Below are positions 21,204-31,812 of a stretch of DNA of 63,674 nucleotides, in pieces (within the stretch, counting starts at the first letter, position 1; the number at the start of each line of letters is the position of its first letter). The stretch covers positions 1 to 63,674 of the forward strand of contig CALXFI010000003.1 of the NCBI GenBank assembly GCA_944387535.1, in the 5' to 3' direction. This DNA is from an uncultured Clostridia bacterium. GTDB taxonomy: Bacteria > Bacillota > Clostridia > TANB77 > CAG-508. The position numbers were made by a program, and so were the translations under genes. A model generated the notes under the pieces. It worked only from the letters and a program-made list of their open reading frames with translations. It did not search any database and was not told the origin of the DNA.

Positions 21204-22064
21204 TTATAAAATAATATCTCTTTTTAATAAGCCATTTTTCACAGTTCCTAAACCTATAAATTTTCCAGAACTATAAATTCTATAAACTCCATCCTTGTTT
21301 TCGTTGTTTAATTTTACACCATTTAAAAACAATACTAACTTAGTAGGATTTAACTCTATTTCTTCTTTATCTTTAAATAGTTCTTCAATAGTTATTATAT
21401 GTTTTTCTATAAATTCTTTATCTATACCATCATCTATTACGATTGAATTTTTTATACTAAATTCTCCAACCTTTAGTCTCTCTAGTCCTGACATATATCC
21501 TATTGTTCCCATTTTTTTGGCAATATCTGTGCACAAACTTCTTATATATGTTCCTTTGGAACAACTTACTTTAAATTCTATTTCTTTGCTTAACTTATTT
21601 ATACCTATAAGCTCTATATTATATATTTCTATTTCTCTTTTAGGGACTTCTACTTTTTTCCCCATCCTTGCATATTCATATAATTTTTTCCCTGCAACTT
21701 TTATTGCTGAATACATCGGTGGCTCTTGTTCTTGTTTTCCTACAAAACTAGATAATACTTTTTCTACATTACATTTTTCTAGAATGCTACTATCTACTTC
21801 TTTTTCTTCAACAGTTCTTCCTTCTGCATCCATTGTGTCTGTTGCTTCTCCTAATTTTAGAGATACTTCATATTCTTTATCATGATTTATCAAATACTTT
21901 GAACATAATGTTCCTTTACCAATAAGTAATGGCAACACTCCTGTTGCTAGAGGGTCTAATGTTCCTGTATGACCTACTTTTTCTTTTACAATCCATTTTA
22001 CTTTATTTACCACATCATGTGATGTACATCCCTTTGGCTTATTTACTATTATTATTCCATCCAT
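21204..22064 (-). CDS. truB: tRNA pseudouridine(55) synthase
   Basis: 'GIIIVNKPKGCTSHDVV' and 'GHTGTLDPLATGVLPLL' (catalytic Asp motif), plus a C-terminal PUA-like region. Confidence 0.93.
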   Translation of the reverse strand: MDGIIIVNKPKGCTSHDVVNKVKWIVKEKVGHTGTLDPLATGVLPLLIGKGTLCSKYLINHDKEYEVSLKLGEATDTMDAEGRTVEEKEVDSSILEKCNVEKVLSSFVGKQEQEPPMYSAIKVAGKKLYEYARMGKKVEVPKREIEIYNIELIGINKLSKEIEFKVSCSKGTYIRSLCTDIAKKMGTIGYMSGLERLKVGEFSIKNSIVIDDGIDKEFIEKHIITIEELFKDKEEIELNPTKLVLFLNGVKLNNENKDGVYRIYSSGKFIGLGTVKNGLLKRDIIL

Positions 22065-22091
22065 AATTTTCTCCTATCACTTTACAAATGT

Positions 22092-22121
22092 ATTATAGCA
22101 TACTCCCTCTAAATCTGTAAA
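22092..22121 (-). promoter_or_regulatory. putative sigmaA promoter of truB
   Basis: Minus strand reads TTTACA, an 18-nt spacer, then TATAAT, about 25 nt upstream of the truB SD. Confidence 0.4.
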
Positions 22122-22170
22122 CACTAGATTGAATTAGAAATTAACCAATAAATAATTTTAGTTAAAAATT

Positions 22171-22202
22171 AAAGCTAGATTCAAAATTTCTAATCTAGCT
22201 TT
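22171..22202 (-). terminator. hairpin, terminator-like
   Basis: Perfect 11-bp stem AAAGCTAGATT / AATCTAGCTTT with a 10-nt loop and AT-rich flanks. Confidence 0.4.
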
Positions 22203-22251
22203 TAACATTTTTATAATTATTATAATTCTTTTACTTTAAAATAAGAGTATA

Positions 22252-22347
22252 AGTGTTTTTTTAGATTAGGCAATTTGCGTAGGGGATATTAAAGGTAGCA
22301 AATTGCCGGTAAGCGAAGCTTAAATCTAAAAAAGCACTCAAATCCCC
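22252..22347 (-). other. nested long hairpin with possible pseudoknot, directly downstream of nrnA
   Basis: Outer stem is 22252-22267 with 22323-22338. Inner stem is GGCAATTTGC (22269-22278) with GCAAATTGCC (22298-22307). Loop GGGGAT (22282-22287) is complementary to ATCCCC (22342-22347). Confidence 0.5.
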
Positions 22348-22354
22348 TTGGACA

Positions 22355-23308
22355 TTATTTTAAGTATTTTCTTACTTCTTTTAAAAGTTTTTCTTTAACT
22401 TGTTCTACATTTCCTTGAACTAATGCACCAGCTGCTCGAGGGTGTCCTCCACCGCCAAACATTAAGCAAACATCTGAAACATTAACATAGCTTCCTGAAC
22501 GTAAAGAAACTTTGTAAGCATTTTCATTATCTTTTTGTCTAATAAACATAGAAACTTCAACACCTTCAATGCTTCTTCCTATATTTACTAATCCTTCATG
22601 GTCTCCTTCTTCTGCTTTTACTTCATCTAAATCCTTTTGGTTAATATAAGAAAATGCAACTTTTCCATCTTCTAATAGTTCCAATCTATCCATTACTCTT
22701 TTTTGTAATTCAAAATTAGCTTTTGTTTTAGTTTGAAGAGTTCTTTTACAAATATCAGCTATATCAACACCTTTTCTCAATAATTCTGCCGCGTATTCAA
22801 ATGTATCTGCTGTTGTTGCTGGATATTGTAAACCTCCTGTATCTGTAATTATTCCTGTCATTAAGCATGTTCCGATTTCCACATCTACTTCTATTTCATA
22901 ATAAGATAAAATTGCAAGTAAGATTTCTGAGCATGCTGGAGCTACTGGATTTACATAGTTTATATCTCCATACATATTATTACTTCCATGGTGGTCTATT
23001 ACTATTGTTTTTTTAGCATTTTCAAAATATTCTCTATTATCTAATCTTTTAAAAGTAGCACAATCCAAGCTTATTGCTAAATCATATTCTTTTATATCAC
23101 TTTCAGTTTTTATTTTATCTACTTCTGGTAAAAAATTAAAAGTTCTTGCATGACTTGTCATAATTAAATCCGCATTTTTTCCTAATTTTTCTAACGCAAG
23201 TTTTAACCCCAAACTACTTCCAATTGCATCTCCATCTGGTGTTTCATGAGTTAATAAAACAATACTTTCTGCTTTTTTTATTTCTTCTAAAATTTCATCT
23301 AAAGTCAT
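22355..23308 (-). CDS. nrnA: DHH/DHHA1 phosphoesterase (NrnA-type oligoribonuclease/pAp phosphatase)
   Basis: 'LLTHETPDGDAIGS', 'IVIDHHGSN' and the DHHA1 motif 'GGGGHPRAAG'. Confidence 0.85.
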   Translation of the reverse strand: MTLDEILEEIKKAESIVLLTHETPDGDAIGSSLGLKLALEKLGKNADLIMTSHARTFNFLPEVDKIKTESDIKEYDLAISLDCATFKRLDNREYFENAKKTIVIDHHGSNNMYGDINYVNPVAPACSEILLAILSYYEIEVDVEIGTCLMTGIITDTGGLQYPATTADTFEYAAELLRKGVDIADICKRTLQTKTKANFELQKRVMDRLELLEDGKVAFSYINQKDLDEVKAEEGDHEGLVNIGRSIEGVEVSMFIRQKDNENAYKVSLRSGSYVNVSDVCLMFGGGGHPRAAGALVQGNVEQVKEKLLKEVRKYLK

Positions 23309-23688
23309 TATTTATTCCCCTCTTCATCTTTTTCATCTTTTTTCGGCATTATTTCTTTTAGTATTTTATCAATTCTTTCTCCATATTCCATACTATCATC
23401 TAATTCAAATATAATTTCTGGAGTATTTCTAAGATTAACCCTTCTTGCAAGTTCACTACGAATAAATCCTGCTGATTTTTTTAGCGCTGCTAAAGTTTGC
23501 TTTGTGTCTTTTGCATTTAATATACTTACATCTACTTTTGCAAATTTTAAGTCGTTTGTAACTTTTACTTTAGTTACACTAATCATTCCTGTTGCATTTG
23601 GATTTTTTAATTTATAATTTATAATCTCGCTAATTTCTTTTTTATATTGCTCATTTATTCTTTCTAATCTACTTTTACTTTCTGGCAT
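23308..23688 (-). CDS. rbfA: ribosome-binding factor A
   Basis: 'MISVTKVKVTNDLKFAKVDVS' and 'LRNTPEIIFELDDS', in the conserved position after infB. Confidence 0.9.
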   Translation of the reverse strand: MPESKSRLERINEQYKKEISEIINYKLKNPNATGMISVTKVKVTNDLKFAKVDVSILNAKDTKQTLAALKKSAGFIRSELARRVNLRNTPEIIFELDDSMEYGERIDKILKEIMPKKDEKDEEGNK

Positions 23689-23811
23689 TTTTACTTCCCT
23701 CCTTTATAGAAAGAACATCCTTTTTTCTCTAACAAATATTTAATAACACTCTATACTAGAGAAAAAAGGATTGTTTTAATTTTATCTTTTTGTTTTTAGA
23801 TTTTTAAGTTC

Positions 23812-26661
23812 CTATCTTTTTATTTCTTCCATAACATAAACTTCTATTTGGTCTCCTTCTTTAATGTCATTATAGTTTTCAATTTGCATTCCACACTCAA
23901 AGCCTTTTCCTACTTCTTTAACATCATCTTTAAATCTCTTAAGTGTTGCTAAATGTCCATCATGAATTACTACATTATCACGAATTACTCTTACACCTGC
24001 ATTTCTTTCTACTTTTCCTGATAATACATAGCATCCCGCAATAGTTCCAACATTTGATATTCTAAATGTTTGTCTAACTTCTGCATTTCCTATTACTTTT
24101 TCTTCATATTTAGGCTCTAGCATACCTTTCATCGCATTTTCAACATCTTCTATTGCTTGGTAAATTACTGAATATTGCTTAATTTCTACTTCATCTTTTT
24201 TAGCTTCTTCCTTAGCTACATTATCTGGTCTTACATTAAATGCAATTATAATAGCATTTGAAACCTTAGCTAAAGTTACATCTGATTGATTTACTGCTCC
24301 TGCTGCTGCATGGATTACTTTTACTTTTACTTCTTCATTTTCAAGTTTTTCTAATGATTGTTTAACAGCTTCCACAGACCCCTGAACATCTGCTTTAACA
24401 ATTAAATTTAATACTTTTAATTTTCCTTCTTCCATTTGGCTAAATAAATTGTCTAATGTTACTTTTGATACTTGATTTATTGCTTTTTCTCTCGCTTGAC
24501 GTTTTCTTCTTTCTATTAAGTGTTTTGCAACTTTTTCGTTCTTAACTTCATAGAATGTATCTCCTGCCTCTGGAACTTCTGTTAATCCCATTATTTCTAC
24601 TGGTGTAGATGGTCCTGCTGATTTTACAGATTTTCCTTTATCATCTTTCATAGCTCTTATTCTACCAATAGAAGAACCTACAACTATAGTATCTCCTACA
24701 TCTAAAGTTCCTCTTTGTACTAATACAGTTGCAATTGCACCTCTAGATTTATCTAGTTTTGCTTCTATTACTGCTCCTTTTGCTTGTTTATGTGGATTTG
24801 CTTTTAGTTCTAGCATATCTGCTTCTAATAATACCATTTCTAATAACTGATCTATATTTGTACCATTTTTAGCGGAAATCGGAACAAATATTGTATCTCC
24901 TCCCCATTCTTCTGGTACTAAATCATATGCCATTAATTCTTGTTTTACTTTTTCTGGATTTGCATCTGGTAAATCTATTTTATTTATTGCAACTATTATT
25001 GGTATACCTGCTGATTTAGCATGATTAATAGCTTCAATTGTTTGAGGCATTACACCATCATTTGCTGCAACTACCAATATTGCTATATCTGTTATTTGAG
25101 CACCTCTTGCTCTCATTGCTGTAAATGCTTCGTGTCCTGGTGTATCTAAGAATGTTATTTCTCTATCATTTACTTTAACTTTATAAGCACCAATTGCTTG
25201 AGTAATTCCTCCTGCTTCTCCTTCAATAACATTTGTTTTTCTTATTGTGTCTAGAAGTGAAGTCTTTCCATGGTCTACATGTCCCATAACAACAATAACT
25301 GGTGGTCTTGTAACTAAATCTTCTTCTTTATCTTCAGACTCATCAAATAAGATATCTTCATCTGTTACAACTTCTTTCTTCTTAGCTGTAATTCCAAATT
25401 CTTGTGCTATTAAATAAGCTGTATCAAAGTCTATTTCTTGGTTTATTGTTGCCATTATTCCATAGCCTAACAATTTTTTAATTACCTCTGCTGTTGTTTT
25501 CTTCATTTCAGCAGCAAAATCTTTTACTGTAATACTTTCTGGTATTTCTATTTCTGTTAACTTAAATATTTTCTGTTTATTCCTTTCTTCGTTATTTTGA
25601 TTTTTTCTTTTCTTTCCTCTTCTTCCACGTTCTGTTGTTAAATCATAATAATCTAGCATTCCACCATCTTGATCATCAAACATATTTGATAATTTGCTTG
25701 TTTGTTTTAGTGATTTTAATTTTCCTTCATCAAAATCAGAATGGTTATTATTTCTTCTTGATCTATTTTTCTTATTTCTATTATTTTCTTCAAAACGATT
25801 GTTATTTTTTTGTTTATCAATTCCCCTATTGTATTCTCTTACTTGTTCTTTTTCACCAGTTTCTTGAGACATAATATTTTTTATGTTTTTTTCTATTCCT
25901 TTTGCATCAAGTGGTCTTTTTCCAAAACGTCCATTATTTCCATTATTGTTTCTATTATTGTTATTATATCTATTATTACCATTATTATTAAAGTGATTAT
26001 CATTTCTATTATTTTTACGATAATTTCCATTTTGGTTATTATTTCTATTTTGTCTATTGTCTCTATTTTCTCTATTTTCTTTGTTCTCTCTATTTTCCTT
26101 TAGATTTTTATTTGTAACAACTTCTTGTACAGGCTTTTTTTCTTCTACTTTTGGCTTAGTCTCTTGCTTTACTTCTTCCTTCTTCACTTCTTTGGCTACT
26201 TGTTTTTCTTCTTTCTTTTCTTCCTTATTTAGGCCAAACAATTCACTTACAGTCATTGGTTTACTTTGTTTATTTCTATAGACAATATTATAATCTTTAT
26301 TTTGTTTTCTCTCGACAAAACCAATATTATTTTTCTTGGCTTGTTTCTTTTCCATTTCTTTTTTCTTTTCTTGTTCGTCCTCTTCAGAAATAATTACTTC
26401 TCTTCTAATAATAACAGGAGCTTTTTCTTCTTTTTTTGCTTCTGTCTTTCCTTTATTAGGCACTTGTTTTTCTTGCTTCTTTGATTTATTTCCACTTAGT
26501 TTTTCTTCTATTTTCTTTGCCTCATCTTCTTCTACTCCACTTAAGTGGCTTTTAACATCAATATTTAATTCTTGTGCTACATCTAATACTTCTTTACTGG
26601 TTAAGTTTAATTTTTTAGCTATTTCGTATATTTTTATCTTACCCAATAACTTCACCCCCAT
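23812..26661 (-). CDS. infB: translation initiation factor IF-2
   Basis: G domain motifs '[12 protein letters not shown]', 'DTPGHEAF' and 'NKID'. 949 aa with an Asn/Arg-rich low-complexity N-terminal insert. The true start may be TTG 26646. Confidence 0.95.
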   Translation of the reverse strand: MGVKLLGKIKIYEIAKKLNLTSKEVLDVAQELNIDVKSHLSGVEEDEAKKIEEKLSGNKSKKQEKQVPNKGKTEAKKEEKAPVIIRREVIISEEDEQEKKKEMEKKQAKKNNIGFVERKQNKDYNIVYRNKQSKPMTVSELFGLNKEEKKEEKQVAKEVKKEEVKQETKPKVEEKKPVQEVVTNKNLKENRENKENRENRDNRQNRNNNQNGNYRKNNRNDNHFNNNGNNRYNNNNRNNNGNNGRFGKRPLDAKGIEKNIKNIMSQETGEKEQVREYNRGIDKQKNNNRFEENNRNKKNRSRRNNNHSDFDEGKLKSLKQTSKLSNMFDDQDGGMLDYYDLTTERGRRGKKRKNQNNEERNKQKIFKLTEIEIPESITVKDFAAEMKKTTAEVIKKLLGYGIMATINQEIDFDTAYLIAQEFGITAKKKEVVTDEDILFDESEDKEEDLVTRPPVIVVMGHVDHGKTSLLDTIRKTNVIEGEAGGITQAIGAYKVKVNDREITFLDTPGHEAFTAMRARGAQITDIAILVVAANDGVMPQTIEAINHAKSAGIPIIVAINKIDLPDANPEKVKQELMAYDLVPEEWGGDTIFVPISAKNGTNIDQLLEMVLLEADMLELKANPHKQAKGAVIEAKLDKSRGAIATVLVQRGTLDVGDTIVVGSSIGRIRAMKDDKGKSVKSAGPSTPVEIMGLTEVPEAGDTFYEVKNEKVAKHLIERRKRQAREKAINQVSKVTLDNLFSQMEEGKLKVLNLIVKADVQGSVEAVKQSLEKLENEEVKVKVIHAAAGAVNQSDVTLAKVSNAIIIAFNVRPDNVAKEEAKKDEVEIKQYSVIYQAIEDVENAMKGMLEPKYEEKVIGNAEVRQTFRISNVGTIAGCYVLSGKVERNAGVRVIRDNVVIHDGHLATLKRFKDDVKEVGKGFECGMQIENYNDIKEGDQIEVYVMEEIKR

Positions 26662-26959
26662 TATTTATTCTTTGTATTTCATTAGATAAATTTACATCTT
26701 CTATTCCTATTATTGCTTTATTTGATTTACCAATCGCTTTACTTAAAATTTCTATCTCTCCTTTAATTATTATTGGTACATTTTCTTTTTCTGCTATTTT
26801 CCTAAATTTATCTTTTGTTCTTTCTGACGCATCTTCTGCCACAATAAGTAATTTTACTTTTTTCTTATTTGTTCTTTCTTCTACGCTGTCAGCACCAAAG
26901 CAAACCTTTCTTGCTCTTGCAGCTAAGCCTATTAATCCCAATATTTTATTATTTATCAA
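26639..26959 (-). CDS. ylxQ: L7Ae/L30e-family RNA-binding protein (YlxQ-like)
   Basis: '[16 protein letters not shown]', in the conserved position between ylxR and infB. Confidence 0.8.
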   Translation of the reverse strand: MINNKILGLIGLAARARKVCFGADSVEERTNKKKVKLLIVAEDASERTKDKFRKIAEKENVPIIIKGEIEILSKAIGKSNKAIIGIEDVNLSNEIQRINNGGEVIG

Positions 26960-27209
26960 GTATTACACCTCTTAATTTATCATAAATTTCATCAGATATT
27001 TTTATTCCAAATACCTTTTCTAATCTCTTAGATTTTATCAATTTTTCTAGACATTCTATGTTATCACAAATATATGCTCCTCTACCTGGCATTTTACCTG
27101 TTCTATCTATATTTATTTCATTGTCCTTATTTTTAACAATTCTTATAAATTCTTTTTTAGGTTTTTTTGTGTTACAACCCATGCATGTTCTTTCTGGTGG
27201 TTGTCTCAT
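26949..27209 (-). CDS. ylxR: YlxR/DUF448 family RNA-binding protein
   Basis: 'ERTCMGCNTKKPKKEFIRI' and 'GRGAYIC', in the conserved position after nusA. Confidence 0.85.
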   Translation of the reverse strand: MRQPPERTCMGCNTKKPKKEFIRIVKNKDNEINIDRTGKMPGRGAYICDNIECLEKLIKSKRLEKVFGIKISDEIYDKLRGVILDK

Positions 27210-27247
27210 TTTATTCCCCTTTCCTATTTTATGTCCAGTTTTATTTT

Positions 27248-28375
27248 TTATTCTGTTTTATCTTCTTCATTTTTCTCTTTTTCTTCATTTTCTTGTTTTT
27301 CCATAAGCATGTTTCTAAATTGTGTTTCTGATTTTATATCTATTTTCCAGTTTGTTAGTTTTGCAGCTAGTCTTGCATTTTGTCCTGATTTTCCAATTGC
27401 TAGTGATAATTGATTATCTGGTACTATTACTTGCGCAAAGTTTTCTTCTGGTTTTACATCTACAGCTAACACTTGCGCTGGAAGTAAGCTTGCTGCAATA
27501 TATATTGATGGGTCTTCATTCCATTCTATTACATCTATTTTTTCTCCATTTAATTCATTTATTACATTTTGAATTCTAACTCCTTTTTGTCCAACACAAG
27601 ACCCTACTGGATCTATATTTGGATCTGGTGAGTATACTGCAACTTTACTTCTATATCCTGGATCTCTAGAAACGCTTTTTATTTCAATTACACCTTCATA
27701 AATTTCTGGTATTTCAAATTCTAGTAATTTTCTTACAAAATCAGGATGGCTTCTAGATACTATTACTTGTGGAGCTCCTTTTTGTCCTTTTTCCACATCT
27801 AAAACATAACCTTTTATTTTTTCATTTACTCTATAATGTTCTGTTGGTATTTGCTCTTTAGTTGGCATTACACCTTCTAATTTTCCTAAATCCATTACAA
27901 CTATATTTTTATCTGCTTTTTGAATTATTCCTGATACTATTTCACCTTTTCTATCATTAAATTCATTATAAACGATTTCTCTTTCTGCTTCTCTTAACTT
28001 TTGTATTATTACTTGTTTTGCAGTCTGTGCTGCTATTCTACCAAAGTTTCTTGGTACTATTTCTATATCTACTGTATCTTCTAATGTCAAATCAGGATTT
28101 ATTTTTTGTGCATCTTTTAAGCTTATCTCTAACTCTGGATTTTCTACTTTTTCTACTATTTGTTTTACTGAATACAAGTGTGTTGCTCCTGTTTTTCTAT
28201 CCATTACTACTTTTACATTTTCTAAAGAGTCAAAATTTCTTTTATATGCTGTAACCAGAGCTGTTTCTATTGAGTCCAAAACATAGTCTTTATTTAATCC
28301 TTTTTCCTTTTCTAAATCTTCTAATGCTAAGATTAATTCTTTATTATCTATAGCTGGTTCTTCTTTTTCTTTCAT
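27248..28375 (-). CDS. nusA: transcription termination/antitermination factor NusA
   Basis: S1 and two KH domains: 'GRIAAQTAKQVI', 'VGSCVGQKGVRIQNV' and 'AIGKSGQNARLA'. Confidence 0.95.
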   Translation of the reverse strand: MKEKEEPAIDNKELILALEDLEKEKGLNKDYVLDSIETALVTAYKRNFDSLENVKVVMDRKTGATHLYSVKQIVEKVENPELEISLKDAQKINPDLTLEDTVDIEIVPRNFGRIAAQTAKQVIIQKLREAEREIVYNEFNDRKGEIVSGIIQKADKNIVVMDLGKLEGVMPTKEQIPTEHYRVNEKIKGYVLDVEKGQKGAPQVIVSRSHPDFVRKLLEFEIPEIYEGVIEIKSVSRDPGYRSKVAVYSPDPNIDPVGSCVGQKGVRIQNVINELNGEKIDVIEWNEDPSIYIAASLLPAQVLAVDVKPEENFAQVIVPDNQLSLAIGKSGQNARLAAKLTNWKIDIKSETQFRNMLMEKQENEEKEKNEEDKTE

Positions 28376-28387
28376 TTTTATTCCTCC

Positions 28388-28846
28388 TTACCAATTATAA
28401 ACAGTTTTTATTTGTGCTATATTTTTTCTTTCTATTTCTACTTCATTTTCTTCTTCGTCTAGTACTATTTTTTCTTTATCAAAACTTTTTAATATTCCTC
28501 TATGTTCCTTTTTCCCTAATTCGTCTTTTTTAAATAATTTTACATTTACTTCTATTCCTATATTGTCTTCTAAATGTTTATCTTTTCTAAGTATTCTTTC
28601 AACACCTGGTGAAGATACTACTAAAAAGTAACTTTCCTTTATAAAATCATTTTCATCAAGCAAAGGATTTATTTCATTATTTACTTTTTCACAATCATTT
28701 AAGTCTATTCCTTTAGGACTATCTATATAAATATTTAAGTAATAATCTTTTCCTTCTTTACTATATTCTACATCATAAAGTTCATAACCTAAGTCCTCTA
28801 CTTTTTTCTTTATTAAGCTTTCTACTTTTTCTTCTACTTTTGACAA
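28388..28846 (-). CDS. rimP: ribosome maturation factor RimP
   Basis: 'YELYDVEYSKEGKDYYLNIYID'. TTG start with an AAGGGAGAG SD. First gene of the rimP-nusA-infB operon. Confidence 0.88.
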   Translation of the reverse strand: MSKVEEKVESLIKKKVEDLGYELYDVEYSKEGKDYYLNIYIDSPKGIDLNDCEKVNNEINPLLDENDFIKESYFLVVSSPGVERILRKDKHLEDNIGIEVNVKLFKKDELGKKEHRGILKSFDKEKIVLDEEENEVEIERKNIAQIKTVYNW

Positions 28847-28924
28847 AGTATCACTCTCCCTTTTATACTAATCAAGAGTGGGATTTGTTCCCACTCTTCT
28901 GTCTTTTCTCAAGTTACCTATATT

Positions 28925-28953
28925 ATTATACCCAATTTCTGGCAAAAATGCAA
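28925..28953 (-). promoter_or_regulatory. putative sigmaA promoter of the rimP-nusA-infB operon
   Basis: Minus strand reads TTGCAT, a 17-nt spacer, then TATAAT. A perfect 10-bp leader hairpin (AAGAGTGGGA/TCCCACTCTT) lies at about 28866-28890. Confidence 0.55.
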
Positions 28954-28979
28954 GCTTTTTATGAATTTTTTTCACTTTT

Positions 28980-29010
28980 GCTGTTTTTTGACCCCGTCCT
29001 AAAAAACAGC
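28980..29010. repeat. dispersed palindromic repeat, copy A
   Basis: GCTGTTTTTTGACCCCGTCCTAAAAAACAGC. T6/A6 arms flank a GC core. Confidence 0.6.
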
Positions 29011-29019
29011 ATTTTATCT

Positions 29020-30507
29020 TTAATTAGTTTTTTCTAATATCACCATATTATAAGTGTAGTTATGGTATTTTGCTTCAAATTTTTCTATTGAGATTGTTTT
29101 GTATTCAGGATTATCTTTTATTTGATTGTATAATGTTAAATCTCCTGTATCTACTATAATTATTCTTCCTTTTGCCTGCTCAGCAGCCTCATCTACAGTT
29201 GATAGAACTCCCATTTGTGGTGCATATGCTTTATACGCTTCTTCTATTGACCAATTTCCTAAATTTATAAAATATTGTTTATTTTCATTTAAGAATATTG
29301 CTGATACTCCACCATTTCCCATATCTGAATAAATTAATATGTCATCTGGCTTTACGTTTTCTTTTAAATATTCTATTGGAGCTTTATTTGATTCATCATA
29401 ATTTGCATTTACATTTTCTATTAAGTTATATGCTGATAATACTAAAATCACTCCACATATTAAGCCAATCATAAATTTGTTATTTTCTTTTGCTAAGAAA
29501 TAACTAATTGTAAAAATTAGAAGTCCTGTTATTGTAAATAAATATCTAGCATATAAAATTGGTGTTATTCTAGATACTAATGCCATTGCAATTATTATAA
29601 TTATATATATTGCTATTGGAATAATTCCTGCTTTTATATCTTCTTTTTTTCTTATATTTTTTATTATAATATATATTAAATATATGTATAAAAGAACAGA
29701 TACTGCAAGTGGTAATGCTTGTGATAAACTTCCTTTAAATTGAAAATCTAACAAGTCATATATTATTTGTGGGAATTCTAAGGTTATCCAAAAACCACTT
29801 CCTACTCTTAATGCTTGTGCTACAAAGCAAATAAACCAAGGAAGATATAATAAGACTTGCATTACTTCTACTATTATAAAGTTTCTGATTGTACTATTTG
29901 CTAATTTTGCTTTATTTTTTATTACATATATTATTAATCCTAAATTTATTATACCTGCTGCTGCTAATGCATAATAGTGCATATAGCAACTTGCTAAACT
30001 AAATATTCCAAAAAGTATTAAGTTTTTTGTCTTCTTATTCTTTATAAATCTATATAAATATATAGCCATTAATGTTACAAACACAATTGTCCATGAATAC
30101 ATTCTTATTTCTAATGCATAATTAAGCATTGCTGGTAAGAAAAAGCTAAAGAATGTGAAAAGCAATCCTGTTGTTTTTCCAAAATCCTTTTTTATATGTG
30201 TTAATCCTAATATTCCAAGTACTACAATTCCAATTACAGAAAATAGTCTATAAACAATTATATTTTCTCCAAATATTAAATTTAATACTTTTAACATCCA
30301 GTAATATAATATTGGATGCACATCATGGCTTCCAATTGTCCATATTTCACTAAATGAATGATTTACTATTGCTACACTATATGATTCATCAAACCAAATG
30401 TTACTATGAAATGCAGGTATCAATAAAAGTATTGCTCCTAAAATTATTAATGCTATATGTAATAAATTTTCTTTTTTAGATTTTTTTAATATTTCTTTTT
30501 TTTCCAT
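29020..30507 (-). CDS. GT-C fold membrane glycosyltransferase (family 39/ArnT-PMT-like)
   Basis: 495 aa with more than 10 TM helices and an extracytoplasmic 'WFDESYSV' (DE motif) after TM1. The C-terminal domain is soluble. Confidence 0.7.
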   Translation of the reverse strand: MEKKEILKKSKKENLLHIALIILGAILLLIPAFHSNIWFDESYSVAIVNHSFSEIWTIGSHDVHPILYYWMLKVLNLIFGENIIVYRLFSVIGIVVLGILGLTHIKKDFGKTTGLLFTFFSFFLPAMLNYALEIRMYSWTIVFVTLMAIYLYRFIKNKKTKNLILFGIFSLASCYMHYYALAAAGIINLGLIIYVIKNKAKLANSTIRNFIIVEVMQVLLYLPWFICFVAQALRVGSGFWITLEFPQIIYDLLDFQFKGSLSQALPLAVSVLLYIYLIYIIIKNIRKKEDIKAGIIPIAIYIIIIIAMALVSRITPILYARYLFTITGLLIFTISYFLAKENNKFMIGLICGVILVLSAYNLIENVNANYDESNKAPIEYLKENVKPDDILIYSDMGNGGVSAIFLNENKQYFINLGNWSIEEAYKAYAPQMGVLSTVDEAAEQAKGRIIIVDTGDLTLYNQIKDNPEYKTISIEKFEAKYHNYTYNMVILEKTN

Positions 30508-30564
30508 TTTCTTCTCCTTTTTTAAGAAAAAATTAAAGTTGGCCTTTAGCCAACTTTATTCTTG

Positions 30565-31812
30565 TTAATTTCTTTCTTCTTGTAATCCTGCTTCTGCAAT
30601 TTTTATATCTCTTACATGGTTTATCTTTTCCCATGTTGTATCTCTCTTGAATAAACATTTAAAGTTTATAAGTAACCAAGAACCCATAAATAATGGATAA
30701 CAAGCTAAGCCTTTAAGCATTGGTCTTATTGGTCTCTTATCTAAGAACATTGCTATAGCTGCTGTTGCTATTGGGAATAAAAATGTTGGCACTAAATATC
30801 TCATTATATTTTCTATAAGTTCTGCTTGTGTCATTCCATCTCCTGCATACATCAAGAAGTTCGTAAATAATAATACTATTGTTATAATGAACATTGGAAT
30901 ACTTCCTACAATATATAGTAATCCATCAAAGTTCATCATTGTTTTATTTTCTTTAGCTGCTACTGCTAAATCTTTTGTATATTCTTTTATACATTGCATA
31001 TGGCCCACTGTCCATCTACTTCTTTGAGACCAACTTTGTTTAAATCCAACTGGTTGTTCATCATATACTATTGCATCTGTTGCCCAACCTAGCTTTTTAC
31101 CTTTTATTATTCTTTTTAATGAGAATTCAATATCCTCTGTTAATGTTACTGTATCCCAACCTTGTGGTTTTATTACATCAAATCTTACCATAAATCCTGT
31201 ACCATTTAATAATGGTGATAAGCCTATATTATATCTTGCTAAATGGTAAAATCTATGCATTGTCCAATAGAATAGTGCATATCCTGCTGTAATCCAACTA
31301 TCTGTTGGGTTTTTAATATCTCTATAACCTTGTACTACGTCTTCGCCTTGACAAAGATGTTTATTCATATTTTTTATAAAATTAGGATCAACTATATTAT
31401 CTGCATCAAATACAAAGAATGCATCATATGGAGCATCTTCTTTTATTTTTTGTTGTAAGAACCAATCTAATGCATATCCTTTTGTTTTCTTACTTGGGTT
31501 AAATCTTTCATATACAATTGCTCCTGCATCTCTTGCAATTTTAGCTGTATTGTCTGTACAATTATCTGCTATTACATAGATATCATATAAATCTTTATTA
31601 TAGTTTTGTGCTTTAAGACTATCTACTAAGTTTTTTATTACAGCTTCTTCATTATGAGCTGGTATTATTGCCATAAATCTGTGGTCTTTTTTTACTTTTA
31701 ATGGTTTGTCTTTTATTTTTACTAAAGAGCATAAACTTACTAAAATATTGTATAACCAAAATATTGTTATTATCCATACTAAAGCTTCTCTTAGTATATA
31801 TAAATAATCCAT
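30565..31812 (-). CDS. membrane-embedded processive family 2 glycosyltransferase (PgaC/IcaA/cellulose-synthase-like)
   Basis: 'AIIPAHNEE', 'FVFDADN' and 'QRSRWTVG' (the Q-x-x-R-W motif), plus N- and C-terminal TM helices. Confidence 0.8.
   Translation of the reverse strand: MDYLYILREALVWIITIFWLYNILVSLCSLVKIKDKPLKVKKDHRFMAIIPAHNEEAVIKNLVDSLKAQNYNKDLYDIYVIADNCTDNTAKIARDAGAIVYERFNPSKKTKGYALDWFLQQKIKEDAPYDAFFVFDADNIVDPNFIKNMNKHLCQGEDVVQGYRDIKNPTDSWITAGYALFYWTMHRFYHLARYNIGLSPLLNGTGFMVRFDVIKPQGWDTVTLTEDIEFSLKRIIKGKKLGWATDAIVYDEQPVGFKQSWSQRSRWTVGHMQCIKEYTKDLAVAAKENKTMMNFDGLLYIVGSIPMFIITIVLLFTNFLMYAGDGMTQAELIENIMRYLVPTFLFPIATAAIAMFLDKRPIRPMLKGLACYPLFMGSWLLINFKCLFKRDTTWEKINHVRDIKIAEAGLQEERN

Noticed and set aside
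21295-21885. 196-aa plus-strand ORF opposite truB. Similar antisense ORFs occur at 40139-40756, 17705-18196, 35736-36032, 60436-60762 and elsewhere.
   Set aside because: Each overlaps entirely with a well-supported minus-strand gene and has hydrophobic low-complexity composition. These are artefacts of the scarcity of stop codons on the antisense strand.
25635-26689. Cluster of plus-strand ORFs (25635-25874, 25810-26103, 26057-26281, 26266-26484, 26336-26689) opposite infB
   Set aside because: They are antisense to a strongly supported conserved gene. Their products are F/L/S/I-rich low-complexity strings, as expected from reading AT-rich coding DNA backwards, and they have no SDs.
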